64,000 bases of DNA from Streptomyces sp. M10(2022) (lineage in GTDB: Bacteria; Actinomycetota; Actinomycetes; Streptomycetales; Streptomycetaceae): the NCBI GenBank assembly GCA_038070475.1, contig JAMYWH010000005.1, positions 7,509,461 through 7,573,460 on the forward strand. Direction: 5' to 3'. Made by a program: the position numbers and the translations under genes. Below the pieces are notes generated by a model that saw only the letters and a program-made list of their open reading frames with translations, ran no database searches and was not told the DNA's origin. This document shows, piece by piece, positions 23,432 to 35,133 of this stretch; the stretch's first letter is position 1; every line of letters starts with the position of its first letter.

Positions 23432-23991
23432 ATGAACTTCCAGACCCAGATTCCCACCGCCGCCGTTCTCGGGCCGACACTCGCCGTCTTCGTTCTCGTG
23501 GCCCTGGCGGGCCACCGACGCAACGCCCCCGGCTGGCGGGCGGCGCACTGGTGCTGCGGAGCGTCATTGCGCTCTACGCGGCAGCGGTCGCCTCACTCAC
23601 GTTCTTCCCCTGTGGATCTACGGCGGGGATTACCGCAACCAGACGGAGTGGATCGGGCAGATTCAGCCGATCCCCTTGCTCACGGCGGACATCTCCATGA
23701 TTCCCAACGTGATCATGTTCGTGCCGCTCGGCTTCCTCCTGCCGCTGCTCCTGCCCCGCATCAGGGTTGGCCGTACCGTCCTGACCTGCGCTCTCATCAG
23801 CCTTGGCATCGAGGTCATCCAACTGCTCCAGTACATCGCTTTCGCCAACGGGCCGCGCGGTCGATGTCAATGACCTGATCGCGAACACCCTCGGGAGCCT
23901 CCTCGGATACGCGGTCCTGCGTACCGCACAGCGCACGGCCGCCACACGCACTGTGCTGGACAAGGCATCGCCGTCGCCCGAAACCGACTGA
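23432..23991 (+). CDS. VanZ-family membrane protein, frameshifted
   Basis: It carries MIPNVIMFVPLGFLLPLL and RAVDVNDLIANTLGSLLGY. Confidence 0.7.
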
Positions 23992-24245
23992 CCGCCTGCC
24001 GGGAGGGTGCGGTCCCTCACAAGCCGCTCTCCGCCACTGCTTGACGCATGTCCTCAACGCCTCGCTTTCAGCTTCACTCCTGCCCAGCGCCTTCGCCTGG
24101 TGGCGCGTCAGTGAAGTGGGCAAGTGGTTGGCATGAGTCCTGAAAACCTGGGGAATGCTGCCCTGTGCACGACTGGTTGTAGGATATGGAAATAGCCTTT
24201 GACCTGCAAAACGCAGGCAGGGAGCCTACTTGTGGGAGTGTCGCG

Positions 24246-24668
24246 ATGTTGCGTAAAATGTTCAAGTCCAAGATCCACCGGGCCACGGTGACCCAGGCCG
24301 ACCTGCACTACGTTGGCTCGGTGACGGTCGATGCCGACCTGATGGACGCCGCCGATCTGCTGCCCGGCGAGCTTGTCCATATCGTGGATATCGACAACGG
24401 TGCCCGGCTCGAGACCTATGTCATCGAGGGTGAGCGCGGCTCCGGAGTCATCGGGATCAATGGCGCCGCCGCCCATCTCGTGCACCCCGGCGACCTGGTC
24501 ATCCTCATCAGCTACGCACAGGTCGAAGACGCCGAGGCCCGCACGCTCATTCCGAGCATCGTGCACGTCGACGCGGACAACCGGATCGTCGCGCTGGGCA
24601 CCGATGCGTCGGCGCCGGTCCCGGGCAGTCGTACCGAGCGCAGCCCGCACGCCGCCGCGCAGAGCTGA
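24246..24668 (+). CDS. panD: aspartate 1-decarboxylase proenzyme
   Basis: It starts [29 protein letters not shown] and includes the GS self-cleavage site. It is about 140 aa and intact. Confidence 0.9.
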   Translation: MLRKMFKSKIHRATVTQADLHYVGSVTVDADLMDAADLLPGELVHIVDIDNGARLETYVIEGERGSGVIGINGAAAHLVHPGDLVILISYAQVEDAEARTLIPSIVHVDADNRIVALGTDASAPVPGSRTERSPHAAAQS

Positions 24669-24736
24669 ACCGCCCGGTCCCGGTCTCATCCCCGTAGCGT
24701 GGCAGTCACGTCGATACGTACGAGGGAGCGCCCGCC

Positions 24737-25080
24737 ATGGCCGAGAACACCGCAGCCGAGATCCGCGACGACCGTGAGCACGGCAGGCTGGTGGCGCACC
24801 GGGACGGCAAGGCCGCCGGGGTTGTCACCTACTTCGTGATGTATCCCGAGCCGGGCGCCCTCGTGGCCGTGCACACAGTCGTCGAACCGGAGTACGAGGG
24901 CCAGGGCATCGGCGGCGCTCTCGTCCAGGAGTTCTACTCGATGGCGGCGCAGGAGGGCATCCCCGTCGTCCCGCTCTGCCCCTACACAGCGAAGTGGGCC
25001 CAGCGTCATCCCGACCGGGCGCCGGTGGCCCCGGCCGAGCTGGTGGAGGGGCGGAGCGGCAGCTCAGAAGTCACCCCGAG
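24737..25080 (+). CDS. GNAT-family (YjdJ-like) N-acetyltransferase. The ORF runs on with no stop until 25573
   Basis: It carries HTVVEPEYEGQGIGGALV...VVPLCPYTAKWAQRHPD. Confidence 0.6.
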
Positions 25081-25437
25081 CTGTTCTGATCCGTACGTGT
25101 GGACTCGGCAGGCGAGGGCAGCCGCATCGGGAGACGGTGGAGATGCATTCCACTCGTATCGCCGAATCTGCTGGAGGAGCGAGATGACCCATCCGTACCC
25201 CGACCCGGTACCACCCGCGCCGACGCCCTCGCCCGTCCCCGGTCCGCCCACTCCGGTGCCCTCACCGCCCCGGGCCGGGGCCCATGCCGCCCGGCCCGGC
25301 GCCGGACCCGATTCCGCAGCCGCCCGCGCCGAACCCCGACCCGGTGCCGGAACCGGAGCCGTCCCCGCAGCCTGCCGGATGACCTGCGGGCCGGGTGTGC
25401 TCGGCCCCGGCCCACAGAGGCCGAGCGCACCCGGCGG

Positions 25438-26830
25438 TCAGCGGCCTTCGGTCGGCCCGAGCCCGGTCAGCGCATCGGCATGGGCCAGACCGCTCTCCGC
25501 CGCGACCGAGTCCAGCGACTGGGCGTCGCGCACCGGCGCGAAGCGCACGCCGTCCCCTGCGGCCCGGCGCTGAAGCCGTACACAGCGGGCCGCGGCAGGC
25601 TGTTGTAGCCCCACGGGGTGGAGAGTAGTACGCACCCGTGTCGTACAGGACGACGAAGTCGCCCTCCCGCAGCTCCGGGAGCTCCCGTGCGTGCGCCACC
25701 ACATCCCCGGCGAAGCAGCACGGACCCGCGATGTCCTGGACCATGGCGGGCCCGCTGTGCGGAAGTCCCGCCGCGTCGAAGGCGCCGACCCGCAGCGGCC
25801 AGGCGTCGGGCATGAAGACGGTACGCGTGGCGATCTGCGCACCCGCATGGGTGAGCGCGATCCGGCGCCCGCCCGCGTCCTTCGTGTACTCCACCAGCGC
25901 TGCGATGAAGCCGTTCTTGGCGAGCAGTGACCGGCCGAACTCGGTGACCAGCGCGTACCTGCCGTCGAAGAGGCCCGGCGCCGTGGTCCGCAGGGCGGCC
26001 ACATAGTCGGTGAAGGCGGGCCGGACCGTGTCGTCGGCGAAGTTGACCGGCAGTCCGCCGCCGATGTCGATACTCGTGATCTGCCGGGCGCCCAGCGTCT
26101 CGTTGATCTCCTCCGCGAGCCGGTAGGTCTCCGCGATGCCTTCCGCGATGAGCCCCAGCGAGCAGCCCTGTGAGCCGACATGGGCATGCAGCCGGGTCAG
26201 CCACGGCCGCTCGGCGAACGCCTGCACGACGCGCTCGCGGGCCCCGGGTCGCGTAGGGCCACACCGAATTTGAGGTTTCGGTCGCGGTGCTCATCGCTCC
26301 GATGGAACCGCCGCCCACCTGCGGATTGACCCGGAGCCCGAGGACGGACAGCGATTCGGGCGACCGCAGTTCGTCCATACGGTGCAGCTCGGCGAAGCTG
26401 TCCGCGTTCACCGCGACGCCGAGCTCCAGCGCCAGCCGGAGCTCGTCTCGGGTCTTGGCCGGGGAATCGAGGACGATCCGCGCCGGTGTGAACCCGGCCT
26501 CGAGCGCGAGCCGCAGCTCACCGGGGCCGGCCACCTCGCACCCCATTGCACAGTCGGCGAGGAGCCGCAGTACGGGGATGAGGGAGGCGGCCTTCGCGGC
26601 GAAGGTATGGAGCACGGGCACGCCGGGCACGTCGGCGAACGCATCCCGCAGGGCGGCCACGCTGTCGCGCACTCCGTCGGTGTCGATGAAGCCTGCGACG
26701 GGCTGGTCCTCGCCGAGCATCCCTCCTCGACGGCGCTGCGCAGCGCAGCGGCGAACCGGGCGGTGGGCGTAGCGCGAAGGGGTTCTGTGGAGCTCGGGGG
26801 CTCGTCATAGGAGTCATACCGCGAGAGTCG
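25438..26830 (-). CDS. PLP-dependent fold-III decarboxylase (diaminopimelate/ornithine-decarboxylase-like), frameshifted
   Basis: It carries HAHVGSQ, IDIGGGL and a C-terminal beta-domain (FVVLYDTGAYY...). Confidence 0.75.
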
Positions 26831-26944
26831 GTGATGGGTCCCCACCGGTCATTGTCGGGAGGGACAAGAATGTCGGCAAATCCTGGTCTGTCGGGCAATC
26901 ACCATGCGAAACCGGTTGAAACAGCTGCCGCTCCGCTCAGACAT

Positions 26945-27791
26945 CACCCGCTAGGAGTTGTCGTCAAAGTGTCACGCCCACATCAGCAGAGAGGCGAGGG
27001 TTACGGCTGCCTGGAAGGACTCGGCGGTTTTGTCGTAGCGGGTCGCGATGCCGCGCCATTGCTTCAAGCGGTTGAAGCACCGTTCCACAACGTTGCGCTG
27101 CTTGTAGATCTCGCGATCGACCACTGGCGGACGTCCGCCGAGGCTGCCGCGCCGGGCCCGGTTGCGAATCTGGTCGGCCCGTTCCGGGATGGTGTGCGCG
27201 ATGCCCCGGCGTCGCAGCCAGGCCCGGATCGCCTTCGAGCTGTAGCCCTTGTCTCCCAAGACATGATCGGGCCGTACGCGGGGTCGGCCAGGACCGAGAC
27301 GGGGCACCCGTATCGCCTCCATCACGGCGGTGAACTGGGTGCAGTCGTTGGTGTTCCCGCCGGTGAGAACGAAGGCGAGCGGTCGGCCGACAGCATCGCA
27401 GACCAGGTGAATCTTGCTGGTCAGTCCACCTCTGGAGCGGCCGAGCGCCGGGTTTCGGAGCCCCTTTCGGGCCCCGGCCGCGTGCTGGTGGGCTCGGACG
27501 ATGGTGGAGTCGACCGATACCAGCCAGTCGACCTCACCGGCCGCATCCGCCCGCGCCTGGGCTTCCCGGAGCATCCGCTCGAAGGTGCCGTCCCTGGCCC
27601 ATCGGCGGAAGCGAGTGTGCAGCGTGGCCCAGGATCCGTACCGCTCGGGTACGTCCCGCCAGGCCGTGCCCGTCCGGAACTTCCAGACGATCCCGTTAAG
27701 AACCGTCCGGTCCGGGTGATACGTCGCCATGAACTGTCCGATGCCGAGTGGGAACCATGATTTACCACGCAAGATCATTTGACGACAGACC
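26945..27791 (-). mobile_element. IS5-family (IS427-group) insertion sequence, copy 2, with an intact 268-aa transposase (26972..27778)
   Basis: The transposase carries NGIVWKFRTGTAWRDVP, DSTIVRAHQHAAGARK and DKGYSSKAIRAWLRRRGIAHTIPER. The terminal inverted repeats are imperfect (TGTCGTCAAA core). CTAG flanks both ends (26941-26944 and 27792-27795), and the right-hand CTAG is shared with the IS701 inverted repeat. Confidence 0.85.
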
Positions 27792-29236
27792 CTAGTAGGG
27801 CTTGGTCAGGTTGGTGTGCGTGTGGGTATGTCGCGGTGGCAGGTGGGGCATGCACCGGCCCAGGTGGCGAGGAGTGATTGCAGCTCGCGGACGATCTGGT
27901 AGAGGCTCAGGCCGGTGCCGTGTCTTTGGGCGTGGGCCAGCCTCCGCAGGGTGCAGAAGGCATGGGCGAGGGAGGCGAGGGTGACGTGGTGGTGCCAGCC
28001 GTTGAAGGTGCGGCCTTCGAAGTGGGCAAGTCCCAGGGCCTGTTTCATCTCGCGGTAGTCGTGCTCGATGCGCCAGCGGAGCTTGGCCAGGCGGACCAGG
28101 GTGGTCAGCGGGGTGTCGGCGGGCAGGTCGGAGAGCCAGAACTGGATCGGCTCGGCCTCTTTGGCGGGCCACTCGGCCAGTAGCCAGCACTCGGCCAGTT
28201 CAACGCCTTCGGTGGCGTCACGGATCTCGCGTCCTGCCGGGCGGATCCGCAGGGCCACGAAGCGCGAGTACATACGCTTCAAGCCGGTGCGGCCCTTGCC
28301 CGGGCGTGAGCCCTCACGCCATGAGACCGGCTTAGCCGAACCACGACCCGCCTCGATGACCAGCGACTTCACGCTGCGGGCCGGGTCCGGATACCTGGGC
28401 ACCGGCCGCCGTCCGATGCCGCTGTAGGGCGGGGTGAACGGACTGGTGGCGGCCGGGTGGGCGGTGGGCGTGGTGGAGATGCCGACCACGTAGTGCAGAC
28501 CGCGCTGGTTCAAACCCAGACGGAAGGCCGCCGCGTCGCCGTAGCCGGCGTCTGCCAGCACCAGCGGGACATCGATGTCCCAGGACCGGGTCTCGTCAAT
28601 CATGTCCAGCGCGAGTTGCCACTTCTCCACGTGGCCCAGGTCGGCGGAATGCCGCACCGCTCGCGGCGGGCCACCTTGAGCGGGACGGCCTGCGGTGAAG
28701 CCGGGTCCCAGGACTTGGGCAGGAACAACCGCCAGTTCACCGGCGTCGAGGCGTGGTCGCGGGCCAGGTGCACCGAGACCCCGACCTGGCAGTTGGTGAC
28801 CTTCCTGCGGTGCCGGTGTACTGCCGCGACACACACGCCGAAGCGTCGCCATCCTTCAAGAACCCGGTGTCGTCGACGATCAACGCCGTCGGGGCGATTG
28901 CCTCGTGCATCCGCCAAGCCAGCCGGGCCCGCACCTGGGCCCAACTCCACGGACTGGAGGTGACGAAATGCGCCAGCGCTTGCCGGTTGCCATCCTCGCC
29001 CAGCCGAGCGGCCATCGGTTCCACCGATTTGCGCCGTCCGTCCAGCAGCAGTCCACGCACATACGCCTGCCCCCACCGATACTGGTCCGCGCGCGTGAAC
29101 GCATCGAACATCTCCGCCGTGAACGTCTCCAGGTCCTCCCGGACCTGATCCATCTCCTCAGGTGTCACACACCATCAACGCGCCCACAGACACCAAGACA
29201 CGCCACCAGTGCGTACATCTGACCAAGCCCTACTAG
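27792..29236 (-). mobile_element. IS701-family insertion sequence, copy 2, in direct orientation with copy 1
   Basis: It has the same terminal inverted repeats as copy 1. It differs from copy 1 only by homopolymer-length changes (GGGG/GGG, CC/CCC, GGG/GG), and a 348-aa ORF persists. Confidence 0.9.
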
Positions 29237-29244
29237 GCGCACCG

Positions 29245-30866
29245 CGATCATGAGGAGCAGTCGGGTGTCGGGGTCGTCGGTGTCCACCCCGAAACGTTCC
29301 CGCACCCGGCGCAGCCGGTAGCGCAGGGTGTTGGGATGCACGACGAGCTGCCTCGCCGCCCTGCCGACGTCCCCGAAGCATCCAGGTAGGCGGCCAGCGA
29401 GCGGACCAGTTCACCCCGGCCGCGAGATCGGTGCGCACGAGATCGTGCACCGGCCCGGTGCCCGACTCCCACAGAGGCTGTACGGCGTCCAGGACCCGCA
29501 GGACATCGAGTGCGGGTCCGGCCTCGGCGGGTCCGGCATGCCGTACCGGTACGCCATCGCCGCCACGGTCCTCGCGCTTACGCAGCACCCGCAGGACGAG
29601 TGCCGCCTCCTCGCACGAGACGGCAGCTGCCGGGGCGGAAGGGACCACGGGCCCGCCCCGCCCGGACCGGTACCCCGCCCGGCAGCGACACGGCGAGCCG
29701 GTCCAGTTCCCTGGCCAGCGCGAGTACATCCCGCTCCCGTCCCACAGCCGCGGGCAGCAGCACCAGCAGCCGCTCCGGCTCACGCAGCACGAGCGCGCCG
29801 GGCCGGAAGGCGGTGGCCTGCAACGCCAGCACATCCAGGGTGCGGCCGGCCGGCCGCCGCGAGGCCCGGCCGGCTCCGCGATCACCACGGCGCACGGCGC
29901 GTCCGGGGAGAGGCCCAGCGACCACGCGTGCGTGCGCTGGTCACCCTGCCCGTACAGCAGGCCCCGCAGTGCATGATCCCGGCGCCGCACGGCCCGCTCT
30001 CGCGTAGCCGGTGCTGCACCAGATGGGGGCGGCGGCCTCGGCGGCACCCGCAGGGCGTCCGCGGCCAGCGGGAGAGGCTGCGCCCGTCCGCTGCGACCCA
30101 GATGGAACCGAGCACCTCGGGGCCGCTGCGGACGGCGATGACCAGACGCTCCGGGCTGTCGCCCTCCGCGGGCCGGCGGATCACGTCCCGTGAGGTCCAC
30201 AGCGCTCGCAGAATCCCGCTGCGGCGCAGTTCGGCGATGCGCCACTGAGGCACTCGCCCGCCCAGAATCGTGGACCTGCGCACCCGGTCGGCCTCAGGCC
30301 GGGTGGCTGAGTGGGCCAGCACCCGGAACCGGGTGTCCTCAATGGTGATCGAGCCGCCCGTCGACTCCGCGATGGCCTCGGCGAGAGCCCCGAGACCGCC
30401 CACGCCGTCCTCGTCCCGCCGGTGCGCCTCCTCGTCGCGGCCCGCACCGGCGAAGGCGAGTGCGGAACGCAGCAGCGCCGCGGTGTCCGTCCAGTCGGCC
30501 CACGCAGCCCGGCCAGCAGGGCGAGCCCCGTGTCCTCGGCAGCGGCAAGCACATCCGGCGCCGTGGACTCACCCTGCGTATCGCGCAGGATCACCGCGCA
30601 GGCACCGCGCCGGGCCGCGTCGCGCACCCCGCCACCGCGTCGGCACTGGCCGCGGGCGGGCCGACGGCCAGCACGACATGGGCATCGGCGAGCCGTCCGG
30701 CCTCCTCGTCACCGAAAGCCACGCCACGGACCGTGACGTCCTGCCCGGCGGGCGCGAGCAGCAGCCGCAATGTCCCCGCGTCGTCGAACGCGAGGATCTC
30801 GCGGAGTGTTGCCCCGGCTGCCACCGGTGCGCCCTGGGGCCGGCTGCTGGTCACAGGAGCGAGCAT
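29245..30866 (-). CDS. PucR/CdaR-family transcriptional regulator. The 3' end runs into the IS701 inverted repeat
   Basis: The C-terminal HTH region reads PNTLRYRLRRVRE...DTDDPDTRLLLMIAVR. The N-terminal fragments are in ORFs 29882..30403, 30181..30627 and 30591..30866. Confidence 0.7.
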
Positions 30867-30903
30867 ACGAGCCTGCGGGCGCCGGGGTGCTCAGCGGCCG
30901 CGC

Positions 30904-31699
30904 TCAGGCGATGAGCGGGACCACTGCCTCCGGGGTCAGCATCCGGAAGGTGAAGGCCTGCTGGAAGTAGAGCCGGACGCTCGTCGCGTCATGGTCCAGG
31001 TAGCCGATGGACAGGTCCTGTCCCAGCCGCAGCTCGAAGTCCCCGCCGCGAGTGGACAGCAGTACCCGCCGGTGACGGCTGGCGCCCACAGGATCGTGTC
31101 GTCGAGCAGCCGCGCCAGATGTGTGGTCACCGGGTAGCCGTGATCGGAGGTCTCGGTGGCCTCGGTGAAGGCATCGGCGCCGAGCAGCAGCCGGTAGGGA
31201 CCGTCGACGCCGGCCAGCCGCAGCTGTGTCAGGGCCTGGCTCACCGCCGCCGGATAGTCGCGTGCATCGGCCGGCAGCGGGTGCGGGCGTGCGAGGAGCC
31301 GTCCCGCAGACCGGTGATCCCGGCCGCCGCGTACCCGTCGATGACGGCCATGTCCTCGGCGAACGCGCAGGTACGGGCCGCGTCCTTGACCGGCTGCCAG
31401 TCGCTGTCCTCGGACCCCGTTCGACGTCGTCGACGGCGGCCCGGTGACCGTGAACGGCACCCGCCACTCGATGAGGGGCGCCGATGTGCGGGCGCGGGCG
31501 ACCACGTCCGGGGCGGGCGGGTCGATGTCCCGCAGGTGTCCGTCCCCGATCGCGGCCAGCCCCGGCCCTGCGGGTCGCCGACGTCCACGACCCGGCGCCC
31601 GGCCACATGGCGGCTGAAGGTGCGCCGGGCCTCTTCTTCGATCTGGCCCCATGCGGCGTCCGTGACGGGGCGAGTTCGCGGTGGAGGTTGTTCATCGCC
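30904..31699 (-). CDS. family-1 encapsulin shell protein (Linocin_M18-like), frameshifted
   Basis: It starts MNNLHRELAP and carries ITDAAWGQIEEEARRTF, DHGYPVTTHLARLLDDTILWAPA and RGGDFELRLGQDLSIGYLDHDATSVRLYFQQAFTFR. Confidence 0.85.
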
Positions 31700-32761
31700 G
31701 GTCGCTTTCTTGCAGGCTGCCGATTCGCAGCGAACCATCGCCCGACGCCGCGGCGGCGGGCCTGCGGCACTGGCGCGGACGCCGGGTGCAACAGTGTCGC
31801 GGCCACGGCGGGGCGGGCGACGGCGGCGGGGCGTCGAGGAAGTCGGCGCTGGGGTGTAGAAGAGCGTGCCGGTGACGGCGGTGGAGAAGTCGAGAATGCG
31901 GTCGTGCGTGGCGGTCGGGTCGCCGAGGAACATGTTGCGGAGCATCTGCTCGGTCACCTCCGGATCGGCGGCGTATCCGATGAAGTACGTGCCGAATCCG
32001 CCCTGTTCGAAGCTGCCGAAGGGCATGTTGGCCCGCAGGATGTCGTGTTCGGTGCCGTCCGGGTCGGTGATGGTGTTCAGCGCCACATGGGAGTCGGCGG
32101 GTTTGACGTCGTCGGCGAGTTCGATGTCGGTGAACTTGGTGCGGCCGATGATCTGTTCCTGCTGCTCCGTGCTCAGCCTGTTCCAGCCGGCCAGATCGTG
32201 CAGGTACTTCTGCACGACGGCGTAGCTGCCGCCCGCGAAGCCGGGGTCGCTGTCGCCGACCAGCGCTGCCGCCACGGCGTCGCCGCCCACCGGGTTCTCC
32301 GTACCGTCGACGAAGCCGAGCAGATCCCGGTGGTCGAAGTAGCGGAAGCCCTGGGTCTCATCGACGACCGTTACGGCCCCTCCGAGCCTGCCGAGCAGTT
32401 GACTCATCCACTCGTAACAGACGTCCATCTGTTCGGCCCGGACGTGGAACAGCAGATCGCCCGGGGTTGCCGGAGCATGGTGCAGCGGACCCCTCAACTC
32501 CTGGAACGGGTGCAGCCCGGCCGGCCTGGGGCCGGCGAACAGCCGGTTCCAGGCCTCGGAGCCGAATCCCGTCACACAGGCCAGCTGGGCACTGGGGACC
32601 CGGAAGCCGATGGAGCGGGCGAATGCCGCGAGATCGGGCAGTGCCTCGCGTACGGCAGCTTCGCCGCCCGGTTCGATCGTGGCCACCACAATCAGCGCTG
32701 CGCTGGTCAGCGGAGCTACGACGGGCTGGACCGCGACGGGGTCCGGGACGGCGTCGGGCAT
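31700..32761 (-). CDS. Dyp-type (dye-decolorizing) peroxidase with a C-terminal extension. It is the probable encapsulin cargo
   Basis: It starts MPDAVPDPV and carries GFVDGTENP, FIGYAADP and GTLFYTP. It sits directly upstream of the encapsulin gene with no intergenic gap. Confidence 0.85.
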
Positions 32762-32883
32762 GCGCGCACTCCGTTGGGTGGTGGCGTCGGGCGGGCTCGT
32801 TGCTACTACGCACACCCGGTCCCTGCCCGCACCCGGGTGGTCCGGCCGGACGAAGCATGCCCGGTCCGGCCGGACCGGGCTGG

Positions 32884-34323
32884 TCAGCCTGCCGATTCCT
32901 CCGACCTGTCGCCGCCCCAGAGCGTGTGGAAGGAGCCCTCGCGGTCCGTACGCCGGTAGGTGTGGGCGCCGAAGAAGTCCCGCTGGCCCTGGGTGAGCGC
33001 CGCCGGGAGCCGGTCGGCGCGCAGCCCGTCGTAGTACGAGAGGGCGGCGGCGAACCCGGGAGTCGGGACGCCCTGGCGGACCGCCTCGGTGATCACCGCG
33101 CGCCAGTCGTCCTGAGCCGCGCCGATCTCCTTGGCGAACTGCTGGTCGGAGAGCAGACTCAGCAGATCGGGCCGGGCGTCGTACGCGGACCTGATGCGGT
33201 CGAGGAAGGCCGCACGGATGATGCATCCGGCCCGCCAGATCGCCGCCACCGCACCGAGATCGATGTCCCAGCCGTAGGCCTCGCTGCCCGCCCTGATCTG
33301 GTGGAAGCCCTGGGTGTACGAGACGATCTTGGATGCGTACAGCGCCTGCTCGACGCGGTCGGCGAAAGCCGCGGCCTCGGCCTCGTCCAGCGCACCGGCG
33401 GCCGGCCCGGAAGCCCGCGGGCCGCCTCGCGCAGATCAGCGTGGCCGGAGAGCGAACGGGCGAATACGGCCTCCGCGATCCCGGATACCGGCACACCGAG
33501 GTCGAGTGCGATCTGTACGGTCCAGCGGCCGGTGCCCTTCTGCTCCGCCCGGTCCTGCACGATGTCGACGAAGGGCTTGCCGGTGGCCGCGTCCGTATGG
33601 GCGAGGACTTCCGCCGTGATCTCGATCAGATAGGAATCCAGGCGCCCGGTGTTCCAGCTGCGGAAGGTCTCGGCGATCTTCGCGGGGAGTAGCCGGCGAC
33701 GGTCCGCAGCAGGTCGTATGCCTCCGCGATGAGCTGCATGTCCGCGTATTCGATGCCGTTGTGGACCATCTTCACGAAGTGCCCGGCTGCGTCAGGGCCG
33801 ATGTGCGTGGTGCACGGCGTGCCGTCCTTCGCCCTGGCCGCGATCTTCTCGAGCATCGGGCCCAGCGACTCATACGATTCGGCCGAGCCGCCGGGCATGA
33901 TGCTCGGGCCGTTCAGCGCACCTTCCTCACCGCCCGAGATGCCGACGCCGACGAAGTGGATACCGCGCTCGCGCAGTTCCTTCTCGCGGCGTCGGGTGTC
34001 CTCGAAGTGGGCGTTGCCGCCGTCGATGATGACGTCGCCGTTCTCCAGCAGCGGCGCGAACTCCTCGATCACGGCATCGGTCGGACCTCCCGCCTTCACC
34101 ATGATCACCAGCCGGCGGGGCGCTCCAGGGCGGCGACGAACTCCTGCGGTGTGTGGGCGGCGACGAACGTGCCCTCGTCGCCGAACTCCTCGACCAGGGC
34201 ATCGGTCTTCGCGGTGGTGCGGTTGTGCACGGCGACGGTGAAGCCGTTGCGGGCGAAGTTACGGGCCAGGTTGCGGCCCATCACCGCGAGTCCTGTGACG
34301 CCGATCTGTGCATTGCCGCTCAT
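32884..34323 (-). CDS. gnd: 6-phosphogluconate dehydrogenase (decarboxylating), frameshifted
   Basis: It starts [22 protein letters not shown] and carries MVKAGGPTD and [23 protein letters not shown]. The C-terminal tail reads FFGAHTYRR. Confidence 0.85.
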
Positions 34324-34417
34324 CTGTGGACTCCTGCAAGTCTGTTCGGGAAAACCGGGCGGACCGGTATGGATACGGGCTCGGAGCTTGAAATTTAAGG
34401 TGCGGGGAGCCCGGCAC

Positions 34418-34888
34418 TCAGGATGCGTGTTCCTCGGCGGGCACGTCCTTGTTCTCGGGAATCACATGCATGGCGGCTTCCTCGGCCGATGCCGCCGCAC
34501 CGTCGATCCCGACGTCCTGCGCGGTCAGCGTCGCAGGGATGTGGCCGTCCCCTTCCTGGGTGAGCCGGCCGGCGCGCTCCGTGCCCACCTCGGTGTCGTA
34601 GAGCTCACCGTCACCGCCCGCCAGGTCTCCGGGGCCGTCGTCGGTGTCGCCGGATATCTCGGGCAGCTCTCTGGCCAGACGGCCGCCCAGGGACTCGCCG
34701 GTGTGCTGTTCCGACGCGGTGGTGCCCTGGTCGTCGACGGCCCACGGCCGGTCGGGAGGGAGTAGCCCTCGTCGAGGACATCGCGGATACCGGTGGTGTC
34801 CAGGGTGTCCTCCACATCGAGGAGGTCGTCGGGGTCGGAGGCCTCCGGCTGCTGGGGCTGGTAGACGTCGTCCCCGGTCGCTGTCAGT
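34418..34888 (-). CDS. acidic DUF5709-like protein
   Basis: It carries DDLLDVEDTLDTTGIRDVLDEGYS...PDRPWAVDD...GESLGGRLARELPE. There is one frameshift. Confidence 0.55.
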   Translation of the reverse strand, partial: TDSDRGRRLPAPAAGGLRPRRPPRCGGHPGHHRYPRCPRRGLLPPDRPWAVDDQGTTASEQHTGESLGGRLARELPEISGDTDDGPGDLAGGDGELYDTEVGTERAGRLTQEGDGHIPATLTAQDVGIDGAAASAEEAAMHVIPENKDVPAEEHAS

Positions 34889-35133
34889 CATCGTGTGTCC
34901 CTTCGCAGTGGGGTCCCGCCGGCCGTCAGGCCTTCATTCGCCGCCCTGTATGCAATTCCACTCCGGTCGCGCGGGTGCCGCAACGGAAGAGGGGCGGGGA
35001 GTGCCCCGAGGGAGCCCTAGATGACAATGAAAACGATTGTCGATAACGTATGTGCCATCGGGACGGACGGCCCCTCTGCCGGGGTGACTCATGCCTGCCC
35101 GCAATTCCAACAGAACTGTTTGAAGGGGAGTTC

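Noticed and set aside
25190-25400. Pro-rich (PAPTPSPVPGPPTPVP) or Gly-rich (GSGSGTGSGFG) coding repeat
   Set aside because: It lies in the convergent gap between the GNAT and decarboxylase genes. Both strands give low-complexity translations. It is most likely a GC-rich intergenic region read through because of a missing stop.
31241-33496. 751-aa single ORF
   Set aside because: It concatenates the DyP gene, the start of the encapsulin gene and antisense of gnd, because there are no stops in this GC-rich frame. It is not one protein.
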